A stretch of DNA of 64,000 nucleotides from an uncultured Planctomycetia bacterium (lineage in GTDB: Bacteria > Planctomycetota > UBA8108 > UBA1146), in NCBI GenBank assembly GCA_964605665.1, contig CAZSDP010000013.1, forward strand, positions 49,331 through 113,330, given 5' to 3'. Position numbers and translations under genes: made by a program. The notes below the pieces were generated by a model, which saw only the letters and a program-made list of their open reading frames with translations, was not told the DNA's origin and did no database searches. Each line of letters opens with the position of its first letter. Within the stretch, counting starts at the first letter, position 1. Shown here one piece after another: positions 20,135-30,008 of this stretch.

Positions 20135-21862
20135 TTATTCTGGGGAGGCCCCTCCGATACCATCGGTCAAACTCTGATCACGTGCTGGAGAGAACCAGGA
20201 AACGACCCAACCCACCGTGATCGCGCTCACAGTACCGATCGTGTTCTTGTACAAAAACGGCAGAGGATCGATCCACCACTCGGCGATCAGCACTGAGAGA
20301 ATTCCGGCACAGATCGCCGCAATTGCCCCCGCTTCACCAACTCGGCGAGTCGCCAAAGCGAGCACGAAGACTCCGAGCAGAGCACCGTAGAACCAAGAAC
20401 CGACCTGATTGACCGCCTCAACCAAGGACCCTTCTTGATCAACGGTCAGGGCAAACCAAGCGGCAAATCCGCCGAAGAGGCAGATCGCCCCTCGAAAACC
20501 TCTCGTCTCTTTCGTATGTCCCACATCCCCTCGGGACCCTCGAGGACGAAGGTCTCGGAGCAGTACCGTGGCCATCGCATTGAACTCACTATCGATACTC
20601 GAGAGAGCAGCGGCGAAAATTGCGGCGATCAAGAGACCGATGAAGCCCCGTGGAAGATCGTGGAGGATGAAGAAGGGAAAGATGTAATTCACTTCTTTGA
20701 CCGCGCTTCCCTCGCCTCGCAATGCTTCGAGCTGTCGTTGTACTTCCGCTCGGGCGGAAAACGCTTCCAGAGAGGCACTCCGAAACTGCTCAGACTTTGA
20801 CGGGCTTTCGGCTGGTGAGCGCAACAACTCTTGAGCTGCATTTCTGGCGATTTCCCAGCGAGCTCGAGCCTCTGCGAGGGCAGCGCTCGCCTGCTGCTCC
20901 CCAGGCTCTTCGCTCAAGGAGGCCGCTTCTTTTGATACGACTGGAATGAAACTCACCGGAGGTTCTCGGAGAGTGAACACCGCAAAGAGGAGGACCCCAA
21001 TTGTGAGAATGAGAATTTGGAATGGGACCTTGGCCACAGCGTTGAAGAGTAACGCTCCCTGCTCATGACGGAGGGACTTACCAGAGAGTAGCCTCTGAGC
21101 CTGACTTTGATCACAGCCAAAGTAACTGAGAAAGAGGAGAGTCCCTCCCAAGAGCGCCGACCAAATCGTGTACTTCTCCTTGGGGTCAAATCGCCAATCC
21201 GCGAAGATCCAACGGTCAGTCGCTTCTGCCAATTGGATTGCCCCAGCCATGCCCACATCCTCAGGGAGCGCCTTGAGGGCGTATACAAAAGCCACCACCA
21301 ACCCCACGACCATCACCGACATCTGCTTCACATCCGTGGAGAGTACCGCGCGCATTCCGCCGATCGAGGTGTAGACGACAGCGATCAAGCCCATCACGAG
21401 AATCGTCAGGTCAGTCCTCAAGCCCAAGACTGCGCTGAGGATGACAGAAGGGGCAAGGAGCACGATGCCCACCGACAGCCCCCGCAGTGCCAAGAAGACC
21501 AGTGCGGAGAGAACTCGTGTCTTCATTCCGAACCGTTTTCCAAGAAACTCGTACACGGTGAAAACGCGTTCTCGGTGGTAAAGAGGCAACAAGGTGAAAG
21601 CGAGGATCAACATCGCAAGCGGAAGTGCGTAATAAAACTGAGCGAAGCGGACCCCGTCGATCCAACCCTGACCGGTGGTGGTGACCATAGTAATCGCCGA
21701 AGCTTGGGTGGCCATGATCGACAGTCCCATCACCCACCAGGGAGCGCTCCTCCCAGCAAGAAACAGATCCTCGGCGCTGTCACTCTTTCGGGATCGACGA
21801 ATCCCGTCCAAGATCACCCAGCTGAGAAACGCGAAGAAGATCGCCCAGTCGAGTAGACTCAC
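20135..21862 (-). CDS. Sodium:solute symporter (SSS) family transporter
   Basis: LFLAGRSAPWWVMGLSIMATQASAIT, YTSIGGMRAVLSTDVKQ, AAALSSIDSEFNAMAT; about 13 TM helices. GTG start (VSLLDW) is inferred. Confidence 0.9.
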   Translation of the reverse strand: MSLLDWAIFFAFLSWVILDGIRRSRKSDSAEDLFLAGRSAPWWVMGLSIMATQASAITMVTTTGQGWIDGVRFAQFYYALPLAMLILAFTLLPLYHRERVFTVYEFLGKRFGMKTRVLSALVFLALRGLSVGIVLLAPSVILSAVLGLRTDLTILVMGLIAVVYTSIGGMRAVLSTDVKQMSVMVVGLVVAFVYALKALPEDVGMAGAIQLAEATDRWIFADWRFDPKEKYTIWSALLGGTLLFLSYFGCDQSQAQRLLSGKSLRHEQGALLFNAVAKVPFQILILTIGVLLFAVFTLREPPVSFIPVVSKEAASLSEEPGEQQASAALAEARARWEIARNAAQELLRSPAESPSKSEQFRSASLEAFSARAEVQRQLEALRGEGSAVKEVNYIFPFFILHDLPRGFIGLLIAAIFAAALSSIDSEFNAMATVLLRDLRPRGSRGDVGHTKETRGFRGAICLFGGFAAWFALTVDQEGSLVEAVNQVGSWFYGALLGVFVLALATRRVGEAGAIAAICAGILSVLIAEWWIDPLPFLYKNTIGTVSAITVGWVVSWFSPARDQSLTDGIGGASPE

Positions 21863-21919
21863 AGCTGCCCAACTTCCTGGAGGAACGACATGTACTTGGA
21901 CCACCGACGAGAACTCGAA

Positions 21920-24505
21920 ATGACAAACGAGCGATTCACCCCCCGCGGTTCTCTGATTTCGGGGATAACACTCCTCGTTCTCACCCTATTCTCCCCCAAC
22001 TCACTGTCTGCTGACGAGGCGATCCTCGCCCCCCCCAATGAGACGGTGAGAGTACCTCTACTTCTCAGAAAACTACATACGACCCATCGAGCCCTCTATG
22101 TGACGGCCCATCCCGATGACGAAGACGCGGGCCTGATCTCGCGCCTGGTTCATGGCGAAGGGATCGACTTAACGCTCCTCACCTTGACGAGGGGTAATGG
22201 AGGGCAAAATGAGATCGGAAAAGAACTGCATGGTGCAATTGCCGCCTTGCGCACCGCGGAACTCGAGAGTGCACACCGTTACGACGGAGCCACCCAGTGG
22301 TTTGGAACAGCAGACGATTTTGGTTACTCCTTCAGCGTCGAGGAGACTCTCGAAAACTGGGGAGAGAACCGAATGCTCCGCGAACTTGTCGGCGCGATTC
22401 GGCAAGCACAACCCGATGTCATCTTCACGATGTCGCCGGATGGAACCGGCGGTGGCCAACACCACCAGGCTTCAGCGCGTCTCACCGAAAGAGCTCTGCA
22501 CATTGCAGCAGAAGAAACTTGGCCTGAGTTGGGGCCTCCCCACGCCACCGCGCGTCTCTTCGCTGTCGTCTGGGGAGATGCAGAAGTTGAAAACCTCTGC
22601 GAAGTGAACCTCGATCGTTACGATCCCCTACTCGGGGCCAGTTATGCAGAGATCGGAAGCAGATCTCGATCGATGCACAAGTGCCAGGGAATGGTCACGG
22701 TCGACCCCCCACTGCCCCGCCGATCCACCCGACTTCAATTGCGGTACGACCGATCAGGGGTACTCACTGAGCTCTCGCACCCATTCCAGGATCTTCCGAA
22801 GCGCGCGTTTCTCGATCGGTCAGGCAACGAAACAACGATCTCACGCGCACTCCACCGGATCGTCGATGTGATGCGGGAAGGACCTTTTTGGGAAACCAGC
22901 CCCCATGTCGGATCTGCGCTCGCCCTCCTCAGGCTAGACCCTCTCTTCGCCCGCGCACTGCGAGATGCACCAAACTCAGCCGCGATGGCCACCCTTGACC
23001 GCAACCGGCGGGAAGCCGCTCAGCATTCCGCAGGACTGAGAATTCAAGCGTTCGCCGCGAGTCCATTTGTCGGCACTGACGAAGAAGCTGCGGTGACCTT
23101 CGCTGCCGAAAACCGAGGGAACGGTCAGATCGAGGTGGAACTCTGGCTTGAGGCGACAGGAAAGAGGACCGAACCAACTCGCTGGCTGCTCGCCCCAGGT
23201 GAACGAAGACTCAAGACCGCGAAACTCCCCCCGCAACTGTTGACCACCCTCCTGCAAGGACCAGTTGAAGGGGAGATTCCCGCCCGACCGGCACCAATTC
23301 GGCTCACCGGCCTAGCGGTGATTTCCTTACCCCTGGGAGAAGAGGATATAAATCCACCATCACAGACATTAGAGCTGGTTCCCATCCCTGTGGTAGCGCG
23401 TTGGAAAGACGAAGTCTTTCCGATGTTACGGTCCACGATCCTCCGAGTCGTGCCCGATCCGAGCATTCGGCCGGCTAGATCTCAGGAGGTCGCCATTGCG
23501 AAGCCTGATCAACCAGCAGTTGCACATGGAGAGTTCCGCCTCTCAACCCGCCATGCCGGCGACGTCGAGATCGAACTCAAGGTCGAAGACTCACGTTGGG
23601 AACTCGAACCGAACGCTGTGGTCGTCCAGTCTCCCGGAGCAGGAATTGAAGTTTCTGTACCCTTTACCGTCACATCGCCATCTGGATTCGGAGATCTGAG
23701 CACAACTGTTCGTGCACAAGCACGCCGCCTAGACTCCTCGGAGTTCGGTGAAATTTGGAGTCGCCGTGGATACCGAAGAATTGAGTATCCCCACATCGGA
23801 ACCACTGCACTCGAAGAGCTCGCGGAAGTAACGGTCGGTCGAATTGAAGCTCAGGTCCTTCCCAAACGAGTCGGCTACATCGAAGGGGTCGGAGACCCCC
23901 TACCCCGAGCGATGTCGGTACTCGGCATCGAGGTCGCCGACCTCAAGGAGCAAGATCTTCGCGAAGGAGATTTATCGAGACTCGATACGATCGTCGTCGG
24001 AGTTCGAGCTTACAAAGTTCGGCGAGATCTCCGTGCCGCCCAGGGACGCCTGATGGAGTGGATCGCGGGCGGTGGAACCCTCGTCGTCCAATATCACAAG
24101 TTCGAATTCAACGCAGAAGACGGCTCGAGTCCCTATGTTCCCTTCCGCGGGGCTGCAGTCGGCAGAGGTCGCATCACCGACGAACATGCTCCTCCAGTCA
24201 TTCAGCAATTCGATCACCCACTCCTGACGACTCCAAATCAGATCCGTCCTCGGGACTGGGAGAACTGGATCCAAGAGCGAGGCCTCTACTTCCTCAACGT
24301 CTCCCCGAGAGCGGTCACCAACTACTCAGATCTGATCCTTTTTGAGGATCCCTTCCCCTACAACGCAGGGATAAGAGGGGGAGCGCTGGTCGAAGCGCAG
24401 TACGGTAAAGGCCGCTGGATCTACGTCGGACTCGGACTCTGGCGGCAAACTCCTGCTGGTGTTCCTGGCGCATACCGTCTGCTGGCGAATTTGCTCGCTC
24501 GCTGA
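21920..24505 (+). CDS. PIG-L/LmbE family deacetylase, secreted, with Ig-like and C-terminal class I GATase-like domains
   Basis: TAHPDDED metal motif, LTRGNGGQNEIG, LRTAELESA, DFGYSFSVEETL, GGGQHHQAS. C-terminal IGYIEGVGD..VQY..WIQERGLYF region. Signal peptide present. Confidence 0.88.
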   Translation: MTNERFTPRGSLISGITLLVLTLFSPNSLSADEAILAPPNETVRVPLLLRKLHTTHRALYVTAHPDDEDAGLISRLVHGEGIDLTLLTLTRGNGGQNEIGKELHGAIAALRTAELESAHRYDGATQWFGTADDFGYSFSVEETLENWGENRMLRELVGAIRQAQPDVIFTMSPDGTGGGQHHQASARLTERALHIAAEETWPELGPPHATARLFAVVWGDAEVENLCEVNLDRYDPLLGASYAEIGSRSRSMHKCQGMVTVDPPLPRRSTRLQLRYDRSGVLTELSHPFQDLPKRAFLDRSGNETTISRALHRIVDVMREGPFWETSPHVGSALALLRLDPLFARALRDAPNSAAMATLDRNRREAAQHSAGLRIQAFAASPFVGTDEEAAVTFAAENRGNGQIEVELWLEATGKRTEPTRWLLAPGERRLKTAKLPPQLLTTLLQGPVEGEIPARPAPIRLTGLAVISLPLGEEDINPPSQTLELVPIPVVARWKDEVFPMLRSTILRVVPDPSIRPARSQEVAIAKPDQPAVAHGEFRLSTRHAGDVEIELKVEDSRWELEPNAVVVQSPGAGIEVSVPFTVTSPSGFGDLSTTVRAQARRLDSSEFGEIWSRRGYRRIEYPHIGTTALEELAEVTVGRIEAQVLPKRVGYIEGVGDPLPRAMSVLGIEVADLKEQDLREGDLSRLDTIVVGVRAYKVRRDLRAAQGRLMEWIAGGGTLVVQYHKFEFNAEDGSSPYVPFRGAAVGRGRITDEHAPPVIQQFDHPLLTTPNQIRPRDWENWIQERGLYFLNVSPRAVTNYSDLILFEDPFPYNAGIRGGALVEAQYGKGRWIYVGLGLWRQTPAGVPGAYRLLANLLAR

Positions 24506-24530
24506 ATTGGGCGAGTCTGCCCCCCCGGAC

Positions 24531-24559
24531 TTGACACTTTCACGTGACTCCCTGAAAGT
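24531..24559 (+). promoter_or_regulatory. Candidate sigma70 -35 box with overlapping palindromic operator for the sugar operon
   Basis: TTGACA at 24531-24536 overlapped by the perfect inverted repeat ACTTTCA-N10-TGAAAGT (24536-24559), about 40 nt upstream of the GTG at 24599. No canonical -10. Confidence 0.4.
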
Positions 24560-24598
24560 CGCGGTGTTTCCCACTCCATTCGACGAAAGAGGTACGCC

Positions 24599-25654
24599 GT
24601 GAAGACGATGCGCGGACCCGCTCTGTTTCTTGCTCAATTCATGGGAGAGACCCCGCCATTTAACCAGCTCGACACCATTGCTGAGTGGTGTGCGGGGATC
24701 GGTTATGCAGGGGTGCAGATCCCCGCTTGGGATGATCGTTGTATCGACTTGGCCACTGCAGCAGAGTCGAAAGACTATTGCGAAGACTGGATGGCGCGAC
24801 TCGCAAAGTATGAGATTGCCCCCACCGAGCTTGCGACTCACCTCCAAGGTCAACTGGTCGCTGTCCATCCTGCATACGACGAAATGTTTGACGCCTTCGC
24901 AGCTCCAGAGGTTCGCGGCAAGCCAAAAGAACGCACCGCTTGGGCCACTGAGCAAGTATGCCGCGCTCTCCGGGCAAGCGCCCACCTCGGCTTAACAGCG
25001 ATGCCAACCTTCAGTGGTGCTCTCGCCTGGCCATATGTCTACCCCTGGCCACAGAGACCCGCTGGCTTGATCGAGGAAGCATTCCGGGAACTGGCCCAGC
25101 GTTGGGAGCCGATCTTGAAAGTCGCCGATGAGGTGGGAGTTGATTGCGCCTTCGAGATTCACCCCGGTGAAGATCTTCACGACGGCGCAAGCTTCGAAAT
25201 GTTTCTCGAGGCCACCGGCCATCACCCTCGGGTTGCCATCAACTATGACCCGAGCCACTTCGAATTGATGGCTCTCGACTATCTCGACTTCATCGATATC
25301 TACCACTCTCACATCAAAGCATTCCACGTCAAAGATGCAGAACTTGTGCGTAGCGGCCGTTCTGGAGTCTACGGAGGATACCTCGATTGGAAAGATCGCC
25401 CCGGTCGATTCCGTTCACCGGGAGATGGTGCCATCGACTTCCAAGGGATCTTCACGAAACTCGCGCGCTACGATTATGACGGTTGGGCAGTGGTCGAATG
25501 GGAATGCCCGTATAAAGACGCAGCAGTTGGGGCAGCAGAATCTGTTGAGTTCGTCCTCTCCCACATCATTCAGGTGACCGAGAAGTCATTCGATGACTTT
25601 GCCGGCACCGATGGTGATCAAGCCCTCAATAGAAAAATTCTCGGGATTGAATAG
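24599..25654 (+). CDS. Sugar phosphate isomerase/epimerase family TIM-barrel protein (xylose-isomerase-like; candidate 3-keto-glycoside eliminase/hydratase)
   Basis: MKTMRGPALFLAQF family start; metal ligands FEIHPGEDLHD, NYDPSH, FHVKDAE, VVEWEC. Confidence 0.85.
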   Translation: MKTMRGPALFLAQFMGETPPFNQLDTIAEWCAGIGYAGVQIPAWDDRCIDLATAAESKDYCEDWMARLAKYEIAPTELATHLQGQLVAVHPAYDEMFDAFAAPEVRGKPKERTAWATEQVCRALRASAHLGLTAMPTFSGALAWPYVYPWPQRPAGLIEEAFRELAQRWEPILKVADEVGVDCAFEIHPGEDLHDGASFEMFLEATGHHPRVAINYDPSHFELMALDYLDFIDIYHSHIKAFHVKDAELVRSGRSGVYGGYLDWKDRPGRFRSPGDGAIDFQGIFTKLARYDYDGWAVVEWECPYKDAAVGAAESVEFVLSHIIQVTEKSFDDFAGTDGDQALNRKILGIE

Positions 25655-25664
25655 GAGCAGGTTG

Positions 25665-26798
25665 ATGGCAAACCGTATTCGGCTCGGCATGATCGGAGGC
25701 GGCCAAGGCGCGTTCATCGGGGCCGTGCACCGCATCGCCTCACGACTCGACGATCGGTTCGACTTGGTGGCGGGATGCTTCTCACAAGACCCAGAAAACA
25801 CTCGGCTGACCGGAGCTGAATTGGGCATCGATCCGCAACGATGCTACGAGAATTGGGAATCGCTGATCAAATCTGAAGCGTCTCTACCTGCCGACAAGCG
25901 AATTGAAGCGGTCAGCATCGTCACCCCGAACCATGTGCATCATGCTCCCGCAAAGATGGCGCTCGAATCAGGATTTCATGTCATCTGCGATAAGCCACTC
26001 TGCGTTTCAGTAGAAGAAGCTGAAGACCTCGAAGCGACTGTGAGGAAGAGTGATCGTGTTTTCGCTCTCACTCACAACTATGTCGGATCTCCTATGGTTC
26101 GCGAGGCTCGCGAACGAATCGAGCGCGGGGACTTGGGTACCCTCCGCAAGGTCTATGTCGAGTACCTCCAGGGTTGGCTCTCAGAGCCTCTCGAAGAAAC
26201 TGGTCAGAAGCAGGCTGCTTGGCGTACTGACCCAGCTCGCTCTGGGCCAGTCGGTGCTCTCGGCGACATCGGAACTCATGCGTTTCAACTCCTGGAACAT
26301 GTCACCGGGGCGCGTGTCACCAACTTGCTCGCGAGCCTTGAAACCTTCGTGGATGGGCGTGCGCTCGATGACGACGACATGATTCTCTTGCGGCTATCAA
26401 ATTGCGCGACGGGAACGCTCTGTGCTTCCCAGGTATGCTTCGGGCGCGAAAACGGACTTCGACTGAGGGTTTTCGGGACCAAGGGAGCATTGGAGTGGAA
26501 CCAAGAACACCCCAACGACTTGAGATTGACTGGCTCTGACGGTTCGGTTCGAACAATACGGACCGCGACAGGTTCCTGTGGAGAAGCGAGTCTATCTCTT
26601 GCCAGAACACCTCCGGGTCACCCAGAGGGTTATCTCGAAGCCTTCGCAAACATATACTCTGCATTCGCGAGAGCCATTCGAGGTGAAGAGGAGCTACTCG
26701 AGGAGCCATTCCCAGGAATCGAAGATGGAGTTCGTGGGATTCGCTTCATCGCCGCTGCTCTGGAGAGCTCGACGGACAATCGCTGGATTGAGTTTTGA
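25665..26798 (+). CDS. Gfo/Idh/MocA family NAD(P)-dependent sugar oxidoreductase
   Basis: GMIGGGQGAFIGAVHRIA, IVTPNHVH, HVICDKPL, GALGDIGTH, PPGHPEGYLEAFANIY. ATG 25665 follows an AGGAG RBS. Confidence 0.92.
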   Translation: MANRIRLGMIGGGQGAFIGAVHRIASRLDDRFDLVAGCFSQDPENTRLTGAELGIDPQRCYENWESLIKSEASLPADKRIEAVSIVTPNHVHHAPAKMALESGFHVICDKPLCVSVEEAEDLEATVRKSDRVFALTHNYVGSPMVREARERIERGDLGTLRKVYVEYLQGWLSEPLEETGQKQAAWRTDPARSGPVGALGDIGTHAFQLLEHVTGARVTNLLASLETFVDGRALDDDDMILLRLSNCATGTLCASQVCFGRENGLRLRVFGTKGALEWNQEHPNDLRLTGSDGSVRTIRTATGSCGEASLSLARTPPGHPEGYLEAFANIYSAFARAIRGEEELLEEPFPGIEDGVRGIRFIAAALESSTDNRWIEF

Positions 26799-26939
26799 AG
26801 GACTTCCAACGGGCAAGCTTCTTGTAACTCAATCAACAAAAGAAGCGATCTAATGATCGAGGGTATCGTCGGTCTACTTCACCAACTTCATAGGTTGGGG
26901 ACCGCCCAGTTGCATCTGCTGTAAATTGAGGTCGAGACC

Positions 26940-28124
26940 ATGACAGATTTCGCCGATTACGATCCGCGGCCAGAAGATCGCTTTACCTTTGGACTCTGGA
27001 CCGTTGGAAACCCAGGTCGGGACCCCTTCGGAGAAGCCGTGAGGGAGCGCCTCGCCCCCACTCACATCGTCAGAGAGCTCGCACGCGCGGGCGCTTATGG
27101 GGTCAATCTTCACGACAACGATCTGATTCCCTTCGGGTCGAGCGCCTCAGAGCGAGATGCCATTGTGTCCGACTTCAAACAAGCCCTCGCAGATCATGGT
27201 TTACGAGTCCCGATGTGCACGACCAATCTGTTTTCGCATCCGATTTTCAAAGACGGTGCTCTCACCGCTGACGACCCACAGATCAGAGCATTCGCACTTC
27301 GAAAAGTGATGGACTCGATGGACCTCGGCGTCGAGCTCGGAGCTGAAGTCTACGTGTTCTGGGGTGGACGGGAAGGAGCCGAAGCGGACGTCGCTCGCGA
27401 TCCACGCACTTGGATCGCTCGATACAGAGAGTCTCTAGACTTTCTTTGTGAGTACTCACGTAGCCAAGGATACTCTTATCGTTTCGCCTTGGAGGCGAAG
27501 CCGAACGAGCCAAGAGGAGACATCTATTTCGCAACTACCGGTCACATGTTGCACTTCATCACAACCTTGGCCCACCCAGAGATGGTCGGAGTAAACCCAG
27601 AGGTTGCCCATGAAAACCTCGCCGGCCTCAACTTCGTACACAATGTTGGTCAAGCATTGGAAGCAGAGAAGCTCTTCCACATCGATTTGAATGCTCAAAA
27701 GATTGGTCGCTACGACCAAGACTTACGATTCGGATCCGAAGATCTCAAGGGTGCCTTTCTGTTAGTGCGCCTACTCGAAGGAGGGTATGGAGGCTTCCCG
27801 AGGTGGGAAGGAATGCGTCACTTCGACGCCCATGCCTACCGCACCGAGGACGAAGCGGGCGTTTGGGAGTTTGCTCGCGGCTGCATGCGCACCTACAAGA
27901 TCTTGGCCGCGAAGGCGCGAGCATTTGACGCAGATCCTGAAGTACAAGAGCTGTTGGCACCGCCCCAGTCTCCGGAGGTCTCCGGGTACTTGGCTGAGTT
28001 CTCTCCCGATCATGCGGACGCGATTCGAAACTCGCCTTGCGATCTCTCTGTGCTTTCACGGCAGGGGAAGCAGCATGAACGGCTCGATCAGCTACTCATA
28101 GAACACCTACTCGGCGTCCGATAG
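26940..28124 (+). CDS. xylA: Xylose isomerase, class I (Thermus/Streptomyces type)
   Basis: [73 protein letters not shown]; 394 aa class I length. Confidence 0.95.
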   Translation: MTDFADYDPRPEDRFTFGLWTVGNPGRDPFGEAVRERLAPTHIVRELARAGAYGVNLHDNDLIPFGSSASERDAIVSDFKQALADHGLRVPMCTTNLFSHPIFKDGALTADDPQIRAFALRKVMDSMDLGVELGAEVYVFWGGREGAEADVARDPRTWIARYRESLDFLCEYSRSQGYSYRFALEAKPNEPRGDIYFATTGHMLHFITTLAHPEMVGVNPEVAHENLAGLNFVHNVGQALEAEKLFHIDLNAQKIGRYDQDLRFGSEDLKGAFLLVRLLEGGYGGFPRWEGMRHFDAHAYRTEDEAGVWEFARGCMRTYKILAAKARAFDADPEVQELLAPPQSPEVSGYLAEFSPDHADAIRNSPCDLSVLSRQGKQHERLDQLLIEHLLGVR

Positions 28125-28140
28125 TTCCCTAGGAGGATCT

Positions 28141-29628
28141 GTGGCTCTGACGATTGGTATCGATGTCGGCACTCAGGGGGTCAAAGGAATCGCGCTCGAC
28201 CCTGCCAAATCTAAAGCTCCACTCGCTCGCGCCTCCCGCAATCTTCACCTGATCGATGGACTTCCCCTCGGTGCAGCAGAGCAACACCCCGAGGATTGGT
28301 GGCAGGCGACGTGCGAAGTTATCGACGAGCTACTCTCCACAGATCGATTACAACGAAGCTCATTGAAAGCAATCGGAGTTTCAGGCCAGCAACATGGCTC
28401 GGTTTTTCTCGATAAGAATGACGAGGTGATTCGGCCAGCAAAACTCTGGTGTGACACCTCGACTGTCGCCGAAGCGAGAGCGATCTCTGAGTTGATCGGT
28501 CACCCTCTTCCGGTGGGATACACTGCGAGCAAGATTCGTTGGCTCGCCGACACAGAACCCGAGAACTGGCGAAAAACCGATGCGGTTCTTCTTCCACACG
28601 ACTTCATCAATCTGCGTCTATCGGGTCAGCGCGCAATGGAAGCGGGTGACGCATCGGGAACCGGATACTTCGATCCAAGTCGCCGTGACTGGGATCCGAC
28701 AATCGTCGACGCCGTTGCGGATCAACTCGGATCTCGCCTTCCTACGCTCGTCGAGCCGGATGTTGCGATCGGCACAGTCTCTCCCGCAATCGCAGAGAGA
28801 TTCGGTATCGCAAAGACGGTTCTGGTTTCACCAGGCGGCGGGGACAACATGATGAGCGCCATCGGAGCCGGAGCCACCAGGTCGGGAATCGTGATCACGA
28901 GCCTTGGCACTTCCGCGACTGTTTTCACCCGCAGTGATCGACCCGTGATCGATCAGACTGGTGCGATCGCCCCGTTCTGTTCTTCCGATGGAGCATGGCT
29001 GCCCCTTCTCTGCACCATGAACTGCACCAATGTCACGGAAGAGGTGAGAACAGCGTTCCAACTCTCCAAGAGAGAAGATCTCGAAGATCTGACAACGCTC
29101 GCCTCCCAGATTCCACCTGGGTGCGATGGTCTTTCCTTCATCCCATTTCTCGTCGGTGAACGAGTTCCGGACTTGCCGCAGGCAACTGGAACCATCGAAG
29201 GTCTAACCCCAGGATCACTGAGGCCCGCACCGCTGTTTCGTGCAGCTCTAGAAGGGGTCACTATCAATCTATCCCTCGGTGTCGACCGACTTCGGGAACT
29301 CGGCATCTCCATTGAAGAGGTCAGGTTGGTGGGAGGAGGATCAAAGAACTCACTGTGGAGAACCTTGGTCGCCGACCTCTTCGACGCAAAGGTAACGATC
29401 CCCCACGAGCCAGAGTCTGCGGCCCTAGGCGCAGCACTTCAGTCTCAGTGGATCGTCGCACGTGAAGAAGATCATGATGTGAGCCTCGATCAAATTGCCC
29501 AGCAATGCATCAGCTTCACCACGACCGAGATCAATCCCGATCGAGAGCGCCAAGCATCCTTGAAGCCGGTCCGTGATCGCTATCAGCAGCGCATCGAACA
29601 GCTTCTTCGCCAATCGAATTCGCCTTAG
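28141..29628 (+). CDS. xylB: Xylulokinase
   Basis: IGIDVGTQGVK, GVSGQQHG, PAKLWCD, DASGTG, GGGDNM, SLGTSATV, GERVP, LVGGGSK; follows xylA. Confidence 0.93.
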   Translation: MALTIGIDVGTQGVKGIALDPAKSKAPLARASRNLHLIDGLPLGAAEQHPEDWWQATCEVIDELLSTDRLQRSSLKAIGVSGQQHGSVFLDKNDEVIRPAKLWCDTSTVAEARAISELIGHPLPVGYTASKIRWLADTEPENWRKTDAVLLPHDFINLRLSGQRAMEAGDASGTGYFDPSRRDWDPTIVDAVADQLGSRLPTLVEPDVAIGTVSPAIAERFGIAKTVLVSPGGGDNMMSAIGAGATRSGIVITSLGTSATVFTRSDRPVIDQTGAIAPFCSSDGAWLPLLCTMNCTNVTEEVRTAFQLSKREDLEDLTTLASQIPPGCDGLSFIPFLVGERVPDLPQATGTIEGLTPGSLRPAPLFRAALEGVTINLSLGVDRLRELGISIEEVRLVGGGSKNSLWRTLVADLFDAKVTIPHEPESAALGAALQSQWIVAREEDHDVSLDQIAQQCISFTTTEINPDRERQASLKPVRDRYQQRIEQLLRQSNSP

Positions 29629-30008
29629 TCCTATGCTGATTCGATCTCGAGGGCTTCTCAGAAGAGGATGAGACGGTCGGTACTTCGTTGGGAGTCGATT
29701 CCAGGCGGCCCATTCCCCCGCTGACCACCCAGGAAACACTCTCCCTAGCAGCATCCCAAGGATCGACGAGCGTCCTCGGTCCGAGTAAGCTAGACTAGTA
29801 CGCTTGAGACAAGTCGCTTTGAAGAATCATAATCAATCCGGCGATTACAAACTTCGATCGAGTTCCTTCAAGAGCTTCGAGTCGAAGAGTCAGCTTGATC
29901 GCAGTCTTGAATCCTGCGGTTGGGTGATCGCCTCCAGTGAATTCGATCCGAGTATCTGCGCCGGTATCGCGTGGTCTAACTGAAAAACACTAGAGAGAAT
30001 CGCCACCC

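Noticed and set aside
21107-21856. 249-aa His/Asp-rich plus-strand ORF
   Set aside because: Composition is the mirror image of hydrophobic codons in the SSS transporter on the opposite strand.
24326-24985. 219-aa minus-strand ORF spanning the PIG-L/TIM-barrel junction
   Set aside because: Antisense to two well-supported genes.
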